Positions 39,779 through 51,627 of a DNA stretch of 64,000 nucleotides are shown piece by piece. A program made the position numbers and the translations under genes. Location of the stretch: NCBI RefSeq assembly GCF_006345805.1, contig NC_043006.1, forward strand, positions 64,976,001 to 65,040,000, given 5' to 3'. The notes under the pieces are model-generated. The model saw only the letters and a program-made list of their open reading frames with translations. It did no database searches and was not told the origin of the DNA. Numbering within the stretch: position 1 is the stretch's first letter; every line of letters starts with the position of its first letter. The stretch is from Octopus sinensis (lineage: Eukaryota).

Positions 39779-40021
39779 GGTTTCTAGCATTGGCACAAAG
39801 CGACATACTTTGTGAGATGGGCACAGTTGATTAAATTGAGAGAGCAAAAGGGGGAGAGAGAGATATTATGCAGAGAAGAGAGAACCAGGCAAAGAAGAGA
39901 GGGAGACAGGAAGACGAATGTAAACAGAAAGGGAAAATACTAAAAAGGAGCACGACAGAATGAGCCAGAGTGGATAAAAGAAGATGGAGGGGAAACTATG
40001 AATGGACAGTCAGCAGGTTAT

Positions 40022-41040
40022 GGAGAGGCTGTGTGGTAAGAAGCTAGCTTACCAACCACATGGTTCTGGGTTCAGTCCCATGGTGTAGTATCTTCGGCAA
40101 GTGTCTTCTGCTATAGCCTGAGGCCGACCAAAGCCTTGTGAGTGGATTTAGCAGACGGAAACTGAAAGAAGTCTGTTGCATATGTGTGTGCGTGCGTATG
40201 TTTGTATGTGTTTGTTCCTCCACCATCGCATGACAACTGATGCTGGTGTGTTTACATCCCTGTAACTTAGTTCAGTAAAAGAGACTGATAGAATAAGTAC
40301 TAGGCTTACAAAGAATAAGTCCTGGGGTTGATTTGCTCAATATGGTTATAGTCAAATGACTGAGACAAGTAAAAGAATAAAAGACTAGATCTCGGTGGGA
40401 TTTGAACTCACAGTGGTGCATTTAGTCTGGTGCTCAATTACTTCTTCCATCATTTTAACATCTATTTTCCCATTCTTTCAGGAATCAGAGGAGAGTTTAC
40501 CAAGGCAAGTTTTCTATGGCTGGATGCCTTTCCTGTCATCAACCATTATCTATTTCTAAGCAAGGAATACTTTCCCCATGACCAGACAATTTCCACACAG
40601 AATATTGAAAATGAATGGCATTCATTTACAACAACCATGTAATATTAAGACAAGGAGACACAAATATACACACACTCACAAATATATAGTTTTTCACTTG
40701 TTTCAGTCATTTGACTGTGGCCATGCTGGAGCACCACATTGACCCCTGGACTTATTTCTTAAGCCTAGTAGTTATTCTAGCGGTCTCTTTTGCTGAACTA
40801 AGTCACGGGGACATAAACACACCAACACCAGTTGTCAAGAAGTGATGGTGGTGGTGGTACAAATGCAGACACACACACACATATGACAGGCTTCTTTCAG
40901 TTTCCATCTACCAAAACCACTTACAAGGCTTTGGTCAACCTGAAGCTTTATAGAAGACAACTGCCCAAGGTGCCACACAGTGGGACTGAACCTTGAACTG
41001 CGTGGCTGGGAAGCAAGCTTCTTACTACAGTCACACCTAT
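40022..41040. mobile_element. Inverted pair of family B SINEs
   Basis: Plus copy at about 40022-40385 and minus copy at about 40688-41040. Confidence 0.8.
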
Positions 41041-42149
41041 ACACACACAACAGGCTTCTTTTAGCTTTTTCTACGAAATCCACTCACAAGGTATTGGTCA
41101 GCTCATAGCAATAAGCAAAGACTTACCTAAGTTAACACACAGTGGGACTAAACTTGAATCCATGTAGTTGGGAAACAAACTTGTCAACCCAAACAGCCAT
41201 GCTTGTGCCAAAGAATATTCCAATAATAATTTCTCACAGGTTGTAAAAAGGCTAGAAATTTGGGTGAGGAGTGGGGAATGGTCGATTATGTTGACCCTAC
41301 TACTTAATTCGAACTAGGCCTAATTTTATCAATCCTGGAAGAATGAAAGGTAAAGTTGGCCCCAGTGGGTTTCTAACTCAGACAGTCAAGAGCAACCAGC
41401 ACAAATACAAAGCTTCCTTTTCAGGTTTCTAGTTCAGACACAAAGCCAGCAGCTATTTTGAGAGGTGGTGGACGGATGGGGGGGGGGGTGATACCATTGA
41501 TCTCAGAACTTGAGTGATACTTTATCTTATTAACCTCGAAAGAGCAAAAGACACAGATAATCAAGGGAGTTGAACTCAGAATGAATACAAGAAAGCATTG
41601 TTTTGACACCCTAACAATTCTGCTAACTCACAACCATTGCTATACTACTACTACTAAAAATAATAATAATATTCCTTTATACAATAGGCACAAGGCTTGA
41701 AATTTTGGGGAGGGGACTAGTCGATTACATTGACCTCCCTCAGTGTATAACTGGTACTTATTTCATCAACCTTGAAAGGATGAAAGGCAAAGTTGACCTC
41801 AGTGGAATTTGAACACAGAATGTAAAGACAGACAAAATACTGCCAAGTATTTTGCCATGCGTGCATCAATTCTGCCAGCTTGCCACCTTACTACTACTAA
41901 TAATGACTTCAAATTTTGGCAAAAGGCCTGCAAGTTCAGGGATAAATCGATTATATCAACTCCAGTCTTCAACTGGTACTTATTTTATCGACCCTGAAAG
42001 GATGAAAGATAGAGTAGACCTCAGCAGCATTTAATAATAATAAAAATAATAATTTTTAATTTAGGTACAAGATCAACCCTGGTATTTTATTAGGTTTTAT
42101 TGTAGCACTCCACTTTTCGTACTTGGAGCCACATTAGAGAGTCAAAGGT

Positions 42150-43300
42150 ATGCACTAAAGTCTATTTTCACCTCTGATCTAGCACTTACCCTAAACAGTT
42201 GAGCAAAGAGCAACTGGAAAGCTGTATGTATTTGCTTGGGACCAAGTCTTGATCTGTCAAAAATTCAATTGCAGCTTTGCTACTATGTTATGCCTCTACT
42301 ACCTGGACCAACTGAATGGTTTTCACCTCTTGCACACAATGTAGCACTGATAAAGCACCCTTTGTTTCATGTGAAAGAAATGGTATAGAAGACCTTGAGG
42401 AAACATGAACAACAATTACAATGAAGATTTTCCAGACAAAAGTAGTTCTGAAGGAAAAGGGTAGAAAACAAGGGCTAACAGAGGATCTGAGAGGCTGAAA
42501 TTGTAACTGTTAGTAAGGTCCAGAGAATAGAAGATAGTGTTAAGTACTGAAGACTGCAGTAGGGGTAACAGATTAGTAGGGATCACCTATACATTCCTTT
42601 TGTACTTAATGACCTCTTTGGGATAACAGTTTTAAGAAGAGTTAAACAGGCAATTTGGGTTGGTCTTTCTGTTAAATCTGCTTAGAGGAAAGCAGCAATT
42701 TCGAGTGGGTTCTGATATGATGTATGAAAGCTTTACAGTTCATCTCCATCACTAGCATTGTGCTACTTAAAAAAAGCCAAGCAGATTACCACAGTGATGT
42801 GACTATGACCATGATTCAGTCACCAGGTTACATGGCAATATTAGCACTTCCGATCTACTTCACTTAATTACAATGCGACAGGTGTTAATCAAGTGCTCTG
42901 GTGTAACCATTTCATCGACTTACATTTCTGGGACCAACTCTTGCCAGAGGTGATTTGCTTGTCAGCTTTCTGAGGTTGATGAAATAAGCACCAGATGACT
43001 TGATGCAACCAATAAACTTGTGACATGCCTTTTATGGAAATTATCATTTCGTCTAGCCACCTACCTTTGACAGGGACAAACAGAGTGTTTATCTGTTTGG
43101 TAGCCTTAGCAAAAGAGGTTGTGTTGTGGACCAGATTGAAAGAGCTGATGACAGACACTTTTCTCATTGGCCAAGCCTATATCAATTTTTCAAGCATCAC
43201 TTAAAAAGGAAAGTGAGGGTAGAAAGGAAAGTGTTACCTTCTAGCAATTTCATTGAAAAGTGGAGTAATGTGACATGGATGGTTCAAGCAAACAGGCCTG
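42150..43300 (-). mobile_element. Highly decayed CR1/L2-like LINE reverse transcriptase remnant
   Basis: Fragments CGNLLGF and MLVMEMNCKAF..H...LLLSSKQI resemble the STGDLL / ALDISKAF..V.H..LL.KL motifs; many stops. Confidence 0.4.
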
Positions 43301-43740
43301 GTCTAAGCATGAATCTATTGACTGATGGAGGATGAGGAGTGGGTACTTACTCCAGTAGTCAGAATGACCACTAAAGCAGCCCCTAGAAGTCACCTCTTCT
43401 TTTTGATAGTTTTAGGTTTTTTTGTTGTTATTTTACTATTTCCATGCCATTATGTAAGCCCACATCATATAGTTTATTGCTCTGTACCATCCTTGATCTG
43501 CTTGTAAACACTTAATGGTTAATAAAGAAATCATTATTATTATTATTATTATTAACATCACCACCAGTATCAATAAAGATGACGGATTGGCTGGATCATT
43601 AAAGTATTAGAAAAAAATGCTTTGTACTAGCTCTTTATGTTTTGTTTTCAAATCTTGATGAGGTCAAATTGCCTTCCATCCTTTGGAGTTGATAAAATAC
43701 CAAAGTACCAGAAAAGTATTGGCCTTGTACAAAATCTTAA

Positions 43741-43776
<36 letters not shown>

Positions 43777-44009
43777 CCTTTCCTTACCAACCCGGCTGAA
43801 ACCGGCTCTGGGTCTGAGTACAAATGTCTTGTTTTCATAAGTTTTGAATTAAAATCTTCAATCAAAGCTTATTCACAATTTATGTTCCTAACACTAGCTG
43901 AATGATAACTAAATTATTTTATTAAATTCTTTGTTATATTTAAAGTAATTGAAAGAAACACAGAGCATCTCAAAATAAATACAGTAACGAAAGGGTTAAA
44001 GATGCTTGA

Positions 44010-45860
44010 AGGCAGAGAGCTAGCAGAATAATTAGCAGGCCAGACAAAGAGCTTAGGCCATCTTCACATTCTGAGTTCAAATTCTGCTGAGGTTGGCAAA
44101 ATAAGTACCCTTGTGCACTGGGGGGGGGGGGGGAAGGGTCAATGTAATCACCTTAACCCCTCCCATAAACTTGCTGGCCTTGTGCCGAAATTTGAAACAA
44201 TTATGCACTGGGGTTGATATAATCGACTGGTCCCCACCCCTCAAATTTCAGGCCTTGTGCCTTTAGTTGATTGACAGAATCATTAGAGCATTTGACACAA
44301 TAAATGCCTTGTGGTATTTCCTGTGTTCTAGGTTCAAATTCTGGCACGGTCAACATTGCCTTTCATTCTTTTTAGGTCAATAACAAAGTACCAGTTCAGT
44401 ATTAGGGTTTCAACTAACCCCTCCCCTCCCCTCAAAAATGCTAACCGTATGCCTGAATTAAAAACCATTATTATTATTATTATTGAAATGGCGAGCTGGC
44501 AGAGTTGTTAGCACACAGGGCTAAAGGCTTAGTGGCATTTCGTCTGACTTTACGTTCTGAGTTCAAATATTGCTGAGATCGAATTTGCCTTTCATCCTTT
44601 CAGGATCGATAAATTAAATACCAGATGCATACCAGGGTCGATGTAATTGACAACTCCCCTCCCCCAAAATTTCAGGCCTTGTGCCTATAGTAGAAAGGAT
44701 TATTATTATTAATAAGACTATAGCCCCGAGCTCACCGGAGCTTTGTGATTGAATTCGGTAGGTGGAAGTTACTGCCGTGTGTGTATATGTGCGTGTAGGT
44801 GCTTGTGCCTCTCCGAAAGAGAGAGAGGGAAGGCAGTGAGCTGGCAGAATCGTTACCATGCCAGGCAAAATGCTTAGCAGCATTTCATCTGCCTTTATGT
44901 TCTGGGTTCAAATGCCACCAAGGTCATATTTGCCTTTCATCCATTGGGGTCAATAAACTAAGAACCAATGAAACACTGGAGTTGATGTAGTCAACTAGTC
45001 CCCTCCTGCAAAATTTCAAACCTTGTGTCTATAGTAGAAAGGATTATTATTATTATTATCAATATTATTATTTTAATGAGTGAGCTGGCAGAAGCGTTAC
45101 CGTGCCAGACAAAATGCTTAGAGGCATTTCTTCTAACTTTACACTTTGAGTTCAAATGCCACCATGGTTGACTTCGCCTTCCAGGGTCAATAAATTAAGT
45201 ACCAGTTGAACACAGGGGTTCATGCAACTAACTTAGCCCCTCCTCCGAAATTGCTGGCCTTGTGCCACAATTCAGAATCATTCTTAAAGGGGTGAGTTGG
45301 TAGAACTGTTAGAATGCTGGGCAAAATACTTTGTGGCACACTGAGTTCAAATTCCGACACTGACTTTGCTTTCATCCTTTGGGGATGATGAAACAGAAAC
45401 AGTGAAGTACTTTGGTGGGGTGGGATGTAGTTGACTTACCACCCTGCCTCCCAAAATTGCTGGCCTTGTGCCAAAATTAGAAAGAATTATTAAGCAACAA
45501 GCTTAGCTCAGATCTTGCCAATTATCCTTTTGGGGCCACTAAAGTACCAGTCAAGTACTGGGGTCCATGTAATTTATATGCCTCATTCCCTTTAAAATTG
45601 CTGGCCTTGTACTAAAATTAGAAAGAATTATTATTATTATTATTTAAGCAGTGAGCTGGCAGAATTGTTAGCATACTGGATGAAATGCTTAGCGGTATTC
45701 GCCTGTTGCTATGTTCTGAGTTCAAATTCTGTGGAGGTTGACTTTGCCTTTTATCACTTTTGGGGTCAATCAAATAAATACCAGTGGAGCACTAGGGTTG
45801 AAGTAAATGACTAGTCCCCTCCCCCAAAATATCAGGCCTTGTGCTTATAGTAGAAAAAAT
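44010..45860 (+). mobile_element. Tandem array of about 9 family A SINEs
   Basis: Consecutive plus-strand copies with (ATT)n linkers. Confidence 0.9.
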
Positions 45861-45939
45861 TATTATGTGTCTATCTGAGACTGCCCATGGTTCTTTGATA
45901 CAAACGTTTTTGTTTTAAAATGATGTAAATTAAAACCGG

Positions 45940-46580
45940 TTCTATATTTTAGAGATGAGGAATTACGTACATTATTTACAATGGATGGATATGTGTCCTC
46001 ATCTTGTTTGTTGTTAACATAACGTTTCGGCTGATGTACTCTCCAGGTGTTCTGGTGGAATTCCAAACCCAACCCTTTTTTTGACTAATGGGATACTCTG
46101 TTCTCATTCCTAAGATATTTTTTACTGATGTTATTATTTATTCAAGTCACTGACTGGGATTGAACTCAGAATTTTGAGGCTAGTAGCCCGCACTCTTAAC
46201 CACTACGCTATATGCACGGGCTACAAACTTCAAGATTCCACGTTCAATTGCAGTCATTGACTTGAATAAATAATAATAGGTTGAGGAAAAAGTTTGTGCA
46301 GCATGTTAAAATAATGAACTGAATGAACACACACACACCACAAAAATATATAAAAAAGCAATATTTTAACACAATGCACAAACTTTTTCCTCGACCTAAT
46401 AATAACATCAGCAAAAAATACCTTAGCAATGAGAACAGAGTACTCCCATTAGTCAAATAAAGGGTTGGGCTTGAAATTCCACCAGGACACCTGATAAAGG
46501 ATGGAGAGTACATCAGGCGAAACATTATGGTAACAACAAGATGAGGACACATATCTGTCCAATGTAAATAATGTAAATTA
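45940..46580. mobile_element. Family E: tRNA-headed SINE-like element with an adjoining inverted copy
   Basis: Minus copy with tRNA head at about 46140-46224; inverted copy at 46225-46580 with an insertion of about 130 bp. Confidence 0.85.
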
Positions 46581-46708
46581 AAACCTTCCATCAAAATTTT
46601 ATGCTATGTTCCACACATGACAAAATTATTTTACTAAAATCTGCATTATTTTCAAAACTAACTGAAACAAAGGCACTGTATTCCAACAGAAATATGGCAA
46701 CAAAAAGC

Positions 46709-46920
46709 TTAACCCATTGGCATTCAAATTACTCTGTCAAGTATAATACTTATTTATTCATGTTGTTTTGAATTAAACATAAATTATCTCGTAGCTTTGA
46801 AATTTCAATGACATGAGTGTTTATTTTTAGAATAATATTGTAGGGCAAGTGTGAGAGTCTGGTCACTTTGAACACAAAACAGGGAGAGTATATTGGTCGG
46901 TTTAAATGCTAAAGGGTTAA
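46709..46920. mobile_element. piggyBac-type MITE (second subfamily)
   Basis: TTAA-CCCAT...AAAGGG-TTAA ends. Confidence 0.75.
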
Positions 46921-48049
46921 TTGAATTCCTCCAAGATGTAAGTTTAAAATCTCACTTCCCCTACAGGAATTCAACACCAGCATCATTTAGTGTCCATTTT
47001 TCCATGCTTGCATGGATCAGGTAGAATTTATGAGGCAGATGCTCTTGTTGCCATCCTTTTCCCATTGCCATATACGCTTTCCACATATGACTGGAAACAA
47101 TCAACACTTGTATGACAATGATTTTCAGGTAGAATTCTGCTTTAAGCACACCATATAACCCATTGTAACAGTTTTATTTTTTGGAATTTTCAGAAAAGTC
47201 TTTTTCAAATTTTTCTTTTTCAATCACAGTTTAAAATAGTCTGAATTTTTGGCTTAAATCCCAGCAAAATAGACCACTAAATGTGTTTATGGGGAGAAAG
47301 ATATTGAAAAGCATCAATACGTCAGTGATAAAGAAAAGAGGAGGGTATCAGGTGGTTTTGAGATATGCTAAAAATAACAACTAAACAGGCCTTAAATGAT
47401 GCACCAATCATTTGCTGAAAATTCCAAAAATTAAAGAGGTTATGAGGGGTTATATGGCATGCATAAACCAGAATTCTGCTGACATTCATTTACAACCATC
47501 AAATGATGTCAAGTACATATACATGTGGTAAGGAGCTTGCTTCTCAACCACATGGTTCTGGGTTCAGTCCCACTGTGTGGCACCTTGGGCAAGCGTCTTC
47601 TGCTATAGCCTTGGGCCAACCAAATATAACAATAATTATAATTATTATTATTATACCTGTCATCATTTTGATATTTAGATTGAATAAAAATGAATCTCGT
47701 TTGTAAAAACTTTTGGACGTGAGTTTGCACTTCTTAAGCAAACTTTGTTTCCATGCTTATGGTTCAGGGAGGGTAGCCTTTTTATTTTCTGTTTTTTCAG
47801 GTCCTATAAGACTGGTAGGAGAATGTCATCCTAAAGTCAGAGAGATTGGATCCAAATGCTTCTAACAGGCACCCAATAACCAGATGGTGGTGTTAAACTG
47901 GGTGAGCGATTAAATTTACTACCCAAGAACAGGATTGAATACAAGGTATCTCATCCATTCCACCAATATACCATTCTGGACTGGTACTTTGACCTTGGTG
48001 AGATTTAATCTCAGAGTGGAGAGGAGGTAACACACACCGTAAAGTATTT

Positions 48050-48285
48050 TAATCTTGTTTGTTGTTAACACGTTTCGGCTGATATACTCTCCAGCCTTCA
48101 TCAGGTGGCTTGGGGAAATTTCGAACCTGGATTCTCATTCCTAAGGTATTTTTCAATGTTATTATTATTATTATTCAGGTCACTGCCTGGAATCGAACTC
48201 AGAATCTTGGGGTTAATAGCTCATGCTCTTAACCGCTATCCATATGTAAATAATTCCTCATCTCTTAAATATAGAACTGTAGAAT
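48050..48285 (-). mobile_element. Family E element: tRNA head, (AAT)n, hammerhead-like motif
   Basis: Minus strand GATAGCGGTTAAGAGC...GAGTTCGATTCC head, then CTGATGA-A-GGCTG(10 nt)CAGCC-GAAAC at 48104-48072. Confidence 0.8.
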
Positions 48286-50400
48286 ATTTTGGCCTACACT
48301 TTAAATCAGTGATTCTCAACCAGGGTTCATATGGCCGTTGAGGCGTTCACATAAGGCTTTGATGCTAAAAATTGGTTATATTTCTACAATACACAGAATA
48401 CTTTGAGACAATAATAATATTTAAGCATAAAAATATAAGATTTTTTAAATACTGAATGATTACGAGGATCCAACTGAGAAAAGCAGAAATCAACGGTTGA
48501 GGGCCACAGCTTTAAAGGTTCTGTCGAATCATCACTCTAGCGAATCATTGTAATCATCCATACCTGGACACTACTGCCTTTGGTCAGGTGAAAGTGGGTA
48601 AATGACCAGGTTTGCAACATTCCCCCTGGATGGGATGCTAGTCCATCACAGGATTACACATTTACGAGTGAGTGCATCAGAGCTCATGAACACAATGCAC
48701 TGCCCAACCCAGGAATAGAAACCACAATCTTGCAACTGTTGAATGCAAGACAGGTATCCCCGACCTTCTATAATCCAGCCTCTCACCTGACGCACAGCCA
48801 CTTGGCAACCCTGTGGGTACTGGTGCCACGAGAAAAGCAACTGTGTTGGCATCATGAAGAAAACGCCTGTGCTATATAGAAAGCACACGTGCTAGTGCCA
48901 TGTAAACTCTGTAAAGTGGTTGGAGGTAGGAAGGGCACCCGGCAATAGAAACCATGCCAAAACAAATAGAGGCCTGGTGTAACCCTCCAGTTTAACAGCT
49001 CCTGTCAAACCATCCAACCCATGCCAGCATGGAAAACAGGGGTTAAATGACAAAGACGATGATACATACAGATATAACTATGGCTTATTTTAATTAGCTA
49101 TGCACATTTGCTTACAGAAATGCACACACACAAAGGCATAGAAAATTTACCAAGTTGCTACAGAGGTTGAAAGTGTGGTTGAGGAGGGCCAAAATTGAAA
49201 CCTGTACTAGTGGTTCATAAACTCTAAATGACTAGCTGATATTGTCAACATGGCTGTGGTCTTAAGGGATTACAAGCGTAGAAGCATATTCTATAGAAGA
49301 ATGATGGATCAGTGAACAATATTTGGTCTAGCCTGTTGTTGAGGAATTCTGCTACGTTCCTCCTGAACAAACTGATGACATGGGATAGGTTTTAGAGACA
49401 CTCCACAGATCTTCAACTCAGTAAATGTCTCTTGTAAGGTTACTATTAACAAGTTATTAGCACTATATTCCAAGCAAGGTAATATTTTTCCATGGCCAGA
49501 CATAATTTTCATGGATCACTGGAAACAAATAACCTAACGCCAACCACTCCGTGAGTGTAGCAGGTGCTTTTTTGGAACCACCAGCATGATTTCGTGCATG
49601 CACATCATCATGATTGTTTAACATCAGTTTTCCATGCTGGCATGGGGTGGACGGTTTGACTGGGGACTGGCAAGCCAACACCAGACTCTAATCTGATCTG
49701 GCAAGGCTTCTACAGCTGGATGCTCTGCCTAATGCCAACCACTCCGTGAGTGTAGCACGTGCTTTTTAGGTGCCACCAGCATGGGAGCCAGTTGGGGCAA
49801 GGGGGCTGGCATCGACCACGTTTGGATGGTGCTTTTTACATGCCACCGGCACAGGAAGCCAGTCAGGCAGCACTAGCAACGACCCACACATGAAAGGTGC
49901 TTATTGCATGCCACCAGCATGGGAGCCAGTCAGGCAGCACATTGTTTTGTTTTTGATTTTGTTGACTACACAATATAGGGTAAATTTTGATCCTTTCACC
50001 TGCACAATTTTCACTCTTTTACTTATTTCAGTCATTTGACTGCGACCATGCTGGAACACTGCCTTTAGTCCAGCAAATCGACCCCAGGACTTATTCTTTG
50101 TAAGCCTAATACTTATTCTATTGGTCTCTTTTGCCGAACCGCTAAGTTATGGGGACGTAAACAAACCAGCACTGGTTGTCAAGCAATGTTGGGGGGACGG
50201 GACAAACAAACACACACACATATATATATATATATATATGACAGGCTTTTTTCAGGTTCCGTCAACCAAATCCACTCACAAGGCTTTGGTTGGCCCAAAG
50301 CTATAGTAGAAAACACTTGCTCAAGGTGCCACGCAGTGGGACTGAACCTGGAACAATGTGGTTGGTAAGCAAGCTACTTACCACACAGCTACTCCTGCAC

Positions 50401-50852
50401 TAAGAAAAAAAAACCTGTATTTTTTGCATGGAATCAAGTACCCTGACTTCCTGATATGCTGCAAATCCCTTATTTTGGTTTGGAAAAAAAAAAGGTGGGG
50501 GTAACTTCTATAACCTCTTCATCTTCACTTATTTATTTCAAACTTTGAATTTTCTATTGAATGTCATTCATTACATTAAAGAAAGAAATAGAGAAAAATA
50601 TTTGAAAATGGGGGTGGGGAGTCAAATCACTGAGGGTTCCACCCCACCCCACCCCGTTTCCATAAAACGTTTTGTAGCATATTAGGTCACCAGAATTCAG
50701 TCGAATAAAAAAAAAAAAAAAAAATCCAATGATTCTGGGATGGAGGAAGGGGTTTGGTTTCCCACCCACCCCTTTTTTTCTGAACAAAAATAAGGGGAGG
50801 TCAGGGTACTTGATTCCACACAAAAAATCTGAGTTTTTTTTTTAATTTCTTA
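50401..50852. mobile_element. MITE with long imperfect TIRs
   Basis: TGGAATCAAGTACCCTGAC near the left end and GTCAGGGTACTTGATTCCA near the right end, with further flanking complementarity. Confidence 0.7.
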
Positions 50853-50937
50853 GTGAAAATTGTGCGTGTGAAAGAATCAAATAATACCCAATATAGTAGG
50901 GTCAGTTGGGCACTGTCTGTGAAAAAAAAACAGCACC

Positions 50938-51627
50938 ATGATGCAATTCATTCTGCCAGAAATTTGGAAACCACATGCTGTACTGCTTGGCACTCACACC
51001 AGAAGCTCCAATATGAACATTTCAGAGTGTTTGAGTGTCAATCTGAGAATAGTGCAGAGTACTGAGAGTGATCACTAGTGATGGTGATGTTATACCTCCA
51101 TTCATCTTCCCACACGTCCTACATCAAGTGCCTGGAGGAGGTAGTGCTGCCCTGGGTCAAGAGGGTGGCTGCTGGAAGAACCTATGTCTAGCAGCAGGAC
51201 TCTGCACCATGCCACAAAAGCAGGAGAACCCAGTCATGGCTGTCAGACAATTTCTGCGACCACATCACCTCCAACATCTGGCCACCTAACTCCTTAGACA
51301 GCAACCCCCTTGATTATTATGTGTGGGGTGCAGTTTAGTGAGAGACCAACAAAACTCCCTGTAACACCAAAGATGAACTCAAGGCGAAGATTTTGACAGC
51401 ATTCAATAACTTAAACAAGAAGACTGTCCAGAAGAGTTGCAGGAGATTCCAAAATCGTCTGGAGGCTGTGGTTGAAGCCAATGGCAATTTTATTGAAAAA
51501 ATTCACTCTTTAGTATTTCAAGATATCTTTATGTAATTTTGGTAAATATCTCTGTTAAAATGAGATGTCAGTGTTATTTTCATTTTTGCATAATTTAGAT
51601 GACAGTTTATTCATTGCACCCCGAATA
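50938..51627 (+). mobile_element. Internally deleted DD37D (maT-like) Tc1/mariner transposase relic
   Basis: N-terminal MMQFILPEIWKPHAVLLG...NISECLSVNLRIVQ joined to VITSDGDVIPPFIFPH...QQDSAPCH...WPPNSLDSNPLDYYVWG...EAVVEANG; 37 residues between the last two Asp; stops present; TIR-like TGCACCCCGAATA at the right end. Confidence 0.9.

Noticed and set aside
47801-47901. Plus-strand exon-like segment with a strong acceptor (GPIRLVG...)
   Set aside because: Stops in all three frames and no partner exons identified.
215-48285. tRNA-like sequences as true tRNA genes
   Set aside because: All are SINE heads lacking a complete acceptor stem and continuing into repeat bodies.
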